A DNA stretch of 61,509 nt from a virus (taxonomy: Duplodnaviria; Caudoviricetes). The translations under genes were made by a program, and so were the position numbers. Of this stretch, positions 55,953 to 61,509 are shown one piece after another; position 1 is the first letter of the stretch, and the number at the start of each line of letters is the position of its first letter. The notes beneath the pieces were generated by a model, which searched no databases, had not been told where the DNA came from, and saw nothing but the letters and a program-made list of their open reading frames with translations. Where the stretch lies: positions 1-61,509 of IMG/VR virus record IMGVR_UViG_3300025759_000004. One strand, given 5' to 3'.

Positions 55953-56116
55953 TATTTATATATTTCTATTGCTAAATCTATAAAAGGTAAATAAAATACG
56001 TGTGTTGTTTGCTCTTCTTCATGGTATGTTCTCATTCCAAATAAAATTCCAGGATAAAAACCTAAAGATAAAGACCAAACAGGGTTATTTCCCTTGTCCT
56101 TTATATTTTTTGACAT
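55952..56116 (-). CDS. Small hypothetical protein (start MSKNIK)
   Basis: Coupled to the nrdB start. Confidence 0.55.
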   Translation of the reverse strand: MSKNIKDKGNNPVWSLSLGFYPGILFGMRTYHEEEQTTHVFYLPFIDLAIEIYK

Positions 56117-56199
56117 AATTTTTACTATTTTTATTATTACTAGTTTTGCTCTTTGCATGAACGCCTTTGCGTTTTACTTTTTTCTTTTCTCTATAATTA

Positions 56200-56385
56200 T
56201 TAAGTGTTAGCTTTGCCATAACATTTTATTCCATATTTATCTTGTAATTCCACTAATTCTTTGTACTTAACTTTATTACGCATTTCCCAGCTCCATTTAA
56301 CCCACTTGTTAATCTGGCGTTCAGCGTATTTTTGCCTAGCTACTTCTTTTGTTTTTCTAGGATCAATCTTACTGTCTCGTCGCAT
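56200..56385 (-). CDS. Small basic hypothetical protein
   Basis: ORF in operon. Confidence 0.5.
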   Translation of the reverse strand: MRRDSKIDPRKTKEVARQKYAERQINKWVKWSWEMRNKVKYKELVELQDKYGIKCYGKANT

Positions 56386-56801
56386 TCTTTTTGATTTTGT
56401 GGTTTATACAATGTTACGTTTGGAAACTGGCGCATAACTAATTGCTTAAATAGCTTCCAGCGCATTGGAAAAGATTCATTAGCTCTCCCTTTACATTCAA
56501 TTATAAAATCATCACCAATAAAATCTGGTGTGTATTTTATAGGTAATATACGTTTACAACCTCTGTTTTTGTAATCACCTTTTCCATTCGTTTGTCTTTC
56601 ATATACTTCGTTTTCAAAATGAAAACCATTTAATAATACAAACGTTTCACCTTCGTATTTACATTTTATTTTAGCTTTACGTAAAGCCATATACATATAA
56701 CGCTCAAGACCAGAAGCAAAGTTAATACCGTCATACGTTACTTTCTTTGCTTGAACTGGACCTCTTTTGCGTCGCTTTCTTTTATAAGGTATCTTCTTCA
56801 T
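56340..56801 (-). CDS. T7 endonuclease I / DUF1064-like PD-(D/E)xK nuclease (possible resolvase)
   Basis: FASGLE...YE...YTPDF...IIECKG. Confidence 0.8.
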   Translation of the reverse strand: MKKIPYKRKRRKRGPVQAKKVTYDGINFASGLERYMYMALRKAKIKCKYEGETFVLLNGFHFENEVYERQTNGKGDYKNRGCKRILPIKYTPDFIGDDFIIECKGRANESFPMRWKLFKQLVMRQFPNVTLYKPQNQKECDETVRLILEKQKK

Positions 56802-57045
56802 AAACTTCGTAAGAATTTATTAATGCTTGCTGAAGCTCTTCTGTTGATTCTTCTTTAAGCTTTTGTAGATACAACACAGCATCCATTAGCTCTTCTTGCA
56901 AATGATTAATCCATTGGAATATATTAGATTTGTCATTGTCAAGAGTAACACCATACTTTGCAAAGCCTACATCAGATCTTGATACAAACTTATCAACAAC
57001 ACGTTCAACAACTGGATCTCTAAATTCTATTTGTTTTTTATTCAT
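56782..57045 (-). CDS. Small all-alpha NTP-pyrophosphatase-like protein
   Basis: GFAKYGVTL...HLQEELMDAVLY. Confidence 0.55.
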   Translation of the reverse strand: MNKKQIEFRDPVVERVVDKFVSRSDVGFAKYGVTLDNDKSNIFQWINHLQEELMDAVLYLQKLKEESTEELQQALINSYEVYEEDTL

Positions 57046-57824
57046 AGTGTTTCTTTTATTCCTGTTTTAACAAATGTTCCATTGTGCATTACACCAGTTC
57101 TATTAGCTATTTCATTGTATGCTGAATCAATACAGTTTTCAATTTGCATATCCTCTAATGCGGCTAGGTTTGTTAAAACTACAACCATATCTCCAATAGC
57201 GTCTTTAATAAAGTAAGAATCTTTGTTTAATAAAGCGGCTGCTAGTTCTCCAGCTTCTTCCATAAGCTTAACATATTGTGTATGTGAATTGCCTTTATCA
57301 TATATGCCTCGCTCAGTTGCCCATTTTCTTATAAGCTCAAATCTTTCATTTTGATTCCAAGATACCTCTTGAGGATTATGCTTTGGATTAAAAAAGGCTT
57401 CATAAAAAGCCTTGTTGTAAATGTAGCTTCGATTATCGTTATACATCGAGGTTTTAACATTAGCCATAATCCATGGAATGTTTTCTTTTGTTATTTTAAA
57501 TTCACCAAAACTTGTTTCCCAAGTTAAGCCTACATTATCCGAAAGCCTACCTTTAAGTTTATTAACAGGTAGCGGAAATGTAGATGTCTGCTCTGTAGCG
57601 TTTATTTTCATTTTATTAAATAATTGTTTATATAATTTTCTGTCTTTTTTATAGCCATAAGACTTTTGAAGTTCTATTTCGCGGTCGGAGATATAGTTTA
57701 TATCTTCACTTTGATCAAGAACTTCGTATTCGCCTGCTGCATAACCCTGTTGCAACGTAACTCTATTATTAAGATTACGTGTAACTCCGATTTTTTTACC
57801 AGGAATGTGATATAAATAATACAT
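57042..57824 (-). CDS. MazG-like nucleotide pyrophosphohydrolase with N-terminal GIY-YIG-like domain
   Basis: C-terminal KLMEEAGEL...DAIGDMVVVL; N-terminal YYLYH...KIGVT.NL..R. Confidence 0.75.
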   Translation of the reverse strand: MYYLYHIPGKKIGVTRNLNNRVTLQQGYAAGEYEVLDQSEDINYISDREIELQKSYGYKKDRKLYKQLFNKMKINATEQTSTFPLPVNKLKGRLSDNVGLTWETSFGEFKITKENIPWIMANVKTSMYNDNRSYIYNKAFYEAFFNPKHNPQEVSWNQNERFELIRKWATERGIYDKGNSHTQYVKLMEEAGELAAALLNKDSYFIKDAIGDMVVVLTNLAALEDMQIENCIDSAYNEIANRTGVMHNGTFVKTGIKETL

Positions 57825-57832
57825 ATTTATTT

Positions 57833-58672
57833 TTATTTACCAACACTCAGCTCTGCTTTAATTGCAGGATAAGGATTGTATTTTAATAATTTAATTTTAT
57901 CAGCCGCAGGTATATTAACTTTATTTGTTAGCTTACCTAACTCTGAATACATATATATACCTTCGTCTAATTGTAATTTAGGCAGTATTCTTTTTGGTCT
58001 ATCTAAATATACTTGAGCTTGTTCTAAATGATTGTTGTACAAATGACAATCACCAAGCTGACCTATAAGCTGCCCTGCTTTTAATCCAGCACCTTTAGCT
58101 AACATTTCTAATAATAAACCATACATTGCAATATCGTAAGGCAATCCTAAAAATACATCAGCTGAACGTTGCTGCCACATTAAATCCATAACACCATTAT
58201 TAATATAAACTTGAAATCCATAATGACACGGCGGCAAAGCCATATCAGGCATATCAGCCGGGTTCCAAGCGCTGATCATAAGGCGTCTAGAATTTGGATT
58301 AGTACTTATGCTATACACAAGCTTTTCAAGCTGATCTACGCCGTTAAAATCGCGCCATTGCTTGCCATATACAGGACCAAGCGTTTCATCTGTTCTGCCT
58401 GAACGTTCATAATCTGGTCTCCAATACTTAACACCGTTGTCTTCTAAATATTTAAGATCAGTTCTACCGTTTAATATCCAAATTAATTCAGTTCTTGCGG
58501 CATTAAAGCTTATCTTCTTTCCTGTAAGTATAGGGAAGCCAAGTGACATATCATGCCTAATCGTTCTTCCGAAGACAGACTTCGTCCCAGTCCCTGTTCT
58601 GTCCGCCTTATCAGATCCTCCGTGGAGTATTTCTCCCATAAGTCTTCTATATTCATCTTCTATGCTTATCAT
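57833..58672 (-). CDS. thyA: Thymidylate synthase
   Basis: DRTGTGT, LPPCH, QRSADVFLGLPYDIA, HLYNNH. Confidence 0.96.
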   Translation of the reverse strand: MISIEDEYRRLMGEILHGGSDKADRTGTGTKSVFGRTIRHDMSLGFPILTGKKISFNAARTELIWILNGRTDLKYLEDNGVKYWRPDYERSGRTDETLGPVYGKQWRDFNGVDQLEKLVYSISTNPNSRRLMISAWNPADMPDMALPPCHYGFQVYINNGVMDLMWQQRSADVFLGLPYDIAMYGLLLEMLAKGAGLKAGQLIGQLGDCHLYNNHLEQAQVYLDRPKRILPKLQLDEGIYMYSELGKLTNKVNIPAADKIKLLKYNPYPAIKAELSVGK

Positions 58673-58940
58673 AATAATATTTCATTGCTTTATACATTTG
58701 CTCTACAATTTCATCTTTGCCATATGTTTGAGGCGAAAGGTTAGGTTTTTCATATTTCTGGTATGCTCCTAAACAAACTGTTAGCTTAAAGTTTTCAGGC
58801 GACATACCCTGCTCCAAAGGTTTAAATGATATTCTTATATTATTTTTTACGCAATACCTATATGCTTCCCAATCTTCTTTACTTGGTTTATAATATTCAA
58901 ATTCATTTTTGCCTTTCTTTTTTCTAAAACCACTACCCAT
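58653..58940 (-). CDS. Hypothetical protein
   Basis: Coupled to the primase-helicase stop. Confidence 0.6.
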   Translation of the reverse strand: MGSGFRKKKGKNEFEYYKPSKEDWEAYRYCVKNNIRISFKPLEQGMSPENFKLTVCLGAYQKYEKPNLSPQTYGKDEIVEQMYKAMKYYYDKHRR

Positions 58941-60649
58941 TATTCCCAAGGCATTGGCTCAGCCGTTAGATCAATAGGTTGATGAGGAATAAAACAACCA
59001 GACTTAGGTTCCCATTTAAAATGAGCTTCAGCGCCATTTTCCCCAAGGTTTTGAAACTTTACTTTAAGCACCTTAGCTTTGACTGTTTTTTCTTCATAAT
59101 TCCTATGCACCAATAAGCCATGATAACTAGCGTCATACCATTCACCACCGCCTTTGATATTGTACATCGTAGGTTCCTCAATCTTTCCATCTGATCCTTT
59201 ATACATTTTAGTTGGATGTGCTACTATAAAAACTAACACATCATACTTCTTAGCAAAGATTTCAATCTTTTGCAAGTATTCCATTGTGTAGCGATTAACA
59301 TCTTCTGTTTTTGCATCTACGTCACGAACTTTATTAAACGGATCAATAACCAAACATTTAATACCCTTACGCTTTACTAGCTCAGCGCCTTTTCTTAATA
59401 CGGCTTCAAGAGTATATCGCTCCATATCAATATGAAAAAAGTTACTGTTGCAATGATCAGCAACCTGATTCCATTTGTCACCGCCAATATCATCTCTGCT
59501 TGGCATGCCTTGCCAAACTTTACGCATTAACTTGTGTGCGTGAAGGTATGTCGGTACATTTTCCGGACTAGCGAACGCCGTTTTCCAGCCATAGTTTTGG
59601 TTATATCCAACAACCATTTGGTCGACGAAATCTGACTTCCCGCTACTTGGAATACCAGTAACAGTAATGAACTGACCAGTATAAGTTGAAAAGATGTCAT
59701 CAAAATTTTGCAAACCAATTTGATATCCAGGCTTAAACCCGTTACGAACAAAGTCCGTGACTTCGTCCTCAATGTCCCTAAATGTCGTGACATTTTCGAG
59801 CGGCACTGGTCTCGCTGCGGTAATACGCTGTACCAATTTTTTTGTTCCATACTTTATTAAATATTCGTTAGCGTCTTTGCAATCATCAAATGATGCTAAA
59901 TAACAAACTTCAGATCCTAACCGTCTTACAAGTTCAGCTTGCAATGCTTGACCAGCTTCGTCAGTATCAACTGCTAATATTATTTTTTCTTTATCATCAA
60001 AATAATCAATACAGTTGTCTAAGTATTCTAAGTTGTTTGTATTAAGTGTTGCACCATTGGGTACAGATATTGCATTTGTTATACCAGCTTCATGTAACGC
60101 CAACACGTCCATTTCACCTTCAACAATTATACAATACTCATAACCAATGATACTGTCTATGTTATAAAATACTTTTTCAGCACCCTTATATAATTTAAAG
60201 TTCTTTCTTCCATCGCGGTATTTAATATTAATTAAATCACCACCCATAAAATAATTGAACTTTATTGTGTTCTCGGATTTACCGGTTTGTGGCATATATT
60301 CAGCACCCTCACCGACTTTTAGATCAGTGAGAGTTTGCTGAGATATACCTCTTGATTTAAACCATTCAACAACTTTGCTATCAGGTGGTTTAACAACCGT
60401 TTCATTAGGTCGTTCATACACCCTTTCAGTTTCACCTTTACGTTTGTACGTATGAAGTTGAAAAGTTGAATTACAGTTGTGACAAGTACCGAGACCCCGT
60501 TCCCAATCATAAGACGCGCATTTTGCCTTTTGATTTTTAGGTTTTCTATCAGCTGAACACAAAGGACAGGTTCCTTGCTTTTTGCCAGCTTCAAGCTTAT
60601 GTATATTGAATTCATCAATTACAAATCCATTGATCTCTGTTGTCTGCAT
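58940..60649 (-). CDS. T7 gp4/Twinkle-like primase-helicase
   Basis: Zn finger CPLC...CHNC, TOPRIM EGEMD and DTDEAG, KDANE, Walker A GIPSSGKS, LVIDP. Confidence 0.93.
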   Translation of the reverse strand: MQTTEINGFVIDEFNIHKLEAGKKQGTCPLCSADRKPKNQKAKCASYDWERGLGTCHNCNSTFQLHTYKRKGETERVYERPNETVVKPPDSKVVEWFKSRGISQQTLTDLKVGEGAEYMPQTGKSENTIKFNYFMGGDLINIKYRDGRKNFKLYKGAEKVFYNIDSIIGYEYCIIVEGEMDVLALHEAGITNAISVPNGATLNTNNLEYLDNCIDYFDDKEKIILAVDTDEAGQALQAELVRRLGSEVCYLASFDDCKDANEYLIKYGTKKLVQRITAARPVPLENVTTFRDIEDEVTDFVRNGFKPGYQIGLQNFDDIFSTYTGQFITVTGIPSSGKSDFVDQMVVGYNQNYGWKTAFASPENVPTYLHAHKLMRKVWQGMPSRDDIGGDKWNQVADHCNSNFFHIDMERYTLEAVLRKGAELVKRKGIKCLVIDPFNKVRDVDAKTEDVNRYTMEYLQKIEIFAKKYDVLVFIVAHPTKMYKGSDGKIEEPTMYNIKGGGEWYDASYHGLLVHRNYEEKTVKAKVLKVKFQNLGENGAEAHFKWEPKSGCFIPHQPIDLTAEPMPWE

Positions 60650-60659
60650 TTAATTTAAT

Positions 60660-60965
60660 TTAAAATGGTAAATCATCTGCGGGTTGTGCCGCTACTGCTT
60701 GTTGGGGTTGGTCTTGTCTAGGTGCGGCAGCTACATTATCACCGTTTGTCCACACTACTTGAACGTTACCTAAATAAGTTTTAGCTTGCTTAGATTCACG
60801 CTCTTCTTTTGTTTGAGCTACTACAATCGGTCCTTGATTACCAAATTGATCAACCTCATCATTCAAAGTAATTGTAATAGGTAAATATTTACCTTTTTTA
60901 CCAACAATAACTTTATCTTTTGGTATTTCAGACAGATTGATACTTGCTTTAATTATACTAGCCAT
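60660..60965 (-). CDS. Putative single-stranded DNA-binding protein
   Basis: GKKGKYL...DQFGN; C-terminal DDLPF tail. Confidence 0.75.
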   Translation of the reverse strand: MASIIKASINLSEIPKDKVIVGKKGKYLPITITLNDEVDQFGNQGPIVVAQTKEERESKQAKTYLGNVQVVWTNGDNVAAAPRQDQPQQAVAAQPADDLPF

Positions 60966-61144
60966 TATACGTAAGCATTTAATTGATTAAACATTCTTTG
61001 TAACTGTGACTTTGTAGCGCTACTGTTACGTCTTAAATTATCTACAGCTTTCACATGGTTTTGATTAGCATAAAAATTATCTACGCTAGTTTCTAATCCT
61101 GTTACTGTACAAACTTTGGTTTGGGTTTTTCTGGTTCTTGCCAT
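60965..61144 (-). CDS. 59-aa hypothetical protein (MARTRKTQTKVCTVTG...)
   Basis: Manual translation; fills the gap and is coupled to the SSB start. Confidence 0.65.
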   Translation of the reverse strand: MARTRKTQTKVCTVTGLETSVDNFYANQNHVKAVDNLRRNSSATKSQLQRMFNQLNAYV

Positions 61145-61146
61145 AA

Positions 61147-61382
61147 TTAAAGTGTTTGATTAATAAAAAATTGTTGAGGATCAAAATCCTCTGATTGATA
61201 AAACAATTTATATTGTTCTGCTGCTCTTTTTACTTTGTCTTGACCACGTTCATAAAACTCAGGCGAGCAGTCGAATATGCCTAGTTGATGAGTGGTTTTG
61301 TCGATAACTATAAATACAAATTCATAGCCAAACAACTTACTATAAATATAAGCTTGACTGTCGTAATTGTACTTAGAAGCTG
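61147..61382 (-). CDS. RecE-like exonuclease, 3' part
   Basis: In-frame continuation ...KFRWSASKYNYDSQAYIYSKLFGYEFVFIVIDK... with the YxxQxxxY motif of this family. Confidence 0.85.
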
Positions 61383-61509
61383 ACCAACGAAACTTATTAA
61401 GATCTGCAGTAGTCTTTAGATCAATAATAAGCTTTTCGTCGTGATTAACAATATCAGCTTTACCTTTCCATTTTAAACCTTCAAGCTCTGTAATACCTGG
61501 TCTTTCATA
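61383..61509. repeat. Terminal direct repeat, copy 2
   Basis: Identical to 1-127. Confidence 0.95.

Overview
The window is an apparently complete, circularly assembled dsDNA tailed-phage genome of 61,382 bp. Bases 1-127 are repeated exactly at 61383-61509, which is most likely an assembler overlap, and one gene runs across the junction. Low GC, A/T-rich start contexts without Shine-Dalgarno sites, a signal peptide followed by Gln, and the gene content point to a Bacteroidota (probably Flavobacteriia) host. The short-tailed morphogenesis module resembles that of crAss-related phages. The minus arm (about 11.0 kb to 1, wrapping to 52.6 kb) carries small early genes, an ncRNA cluster, a sigma factor, ERF/RecE recombination genes, SSB, primase-helicase, ThyA, MazG and NrdAB. 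The plus arm (11.3-52.5 kb) carries two S74-chaperone tail fibres, GroEL/GroES, terminase, portal, capsid, tail proteins, giant ejection proteins and an endolysin. No DNA polymerase, RNA polymerase, integrase, RT or CRISPR array was recognised. Four observations stand out. (1) A 2545-aa virion protein appears to be a polyprotein (zincin protease | sigma-region-2-like domain | PD-(D/E)xK-like nuclease) with repeated [IV]KES[TL]K linkers, and the early region has a 10-copy phage-specific promoter motif it could read. (2) A 79-nt tmRNA-like tRNA domain with G3.U70 and no mRNA domain lies in a cluster of unexplained structured RNAs beside tRNA-Gln. (3) Co-varying hairpin+GTATAGCA elements punctuate the early gene cassettes. 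(4) A 46-bp palindrome occurs twice, once over the start codon of a Rep-like HTH gene. All product calls come from motif recognition by eye; no database searches were run.
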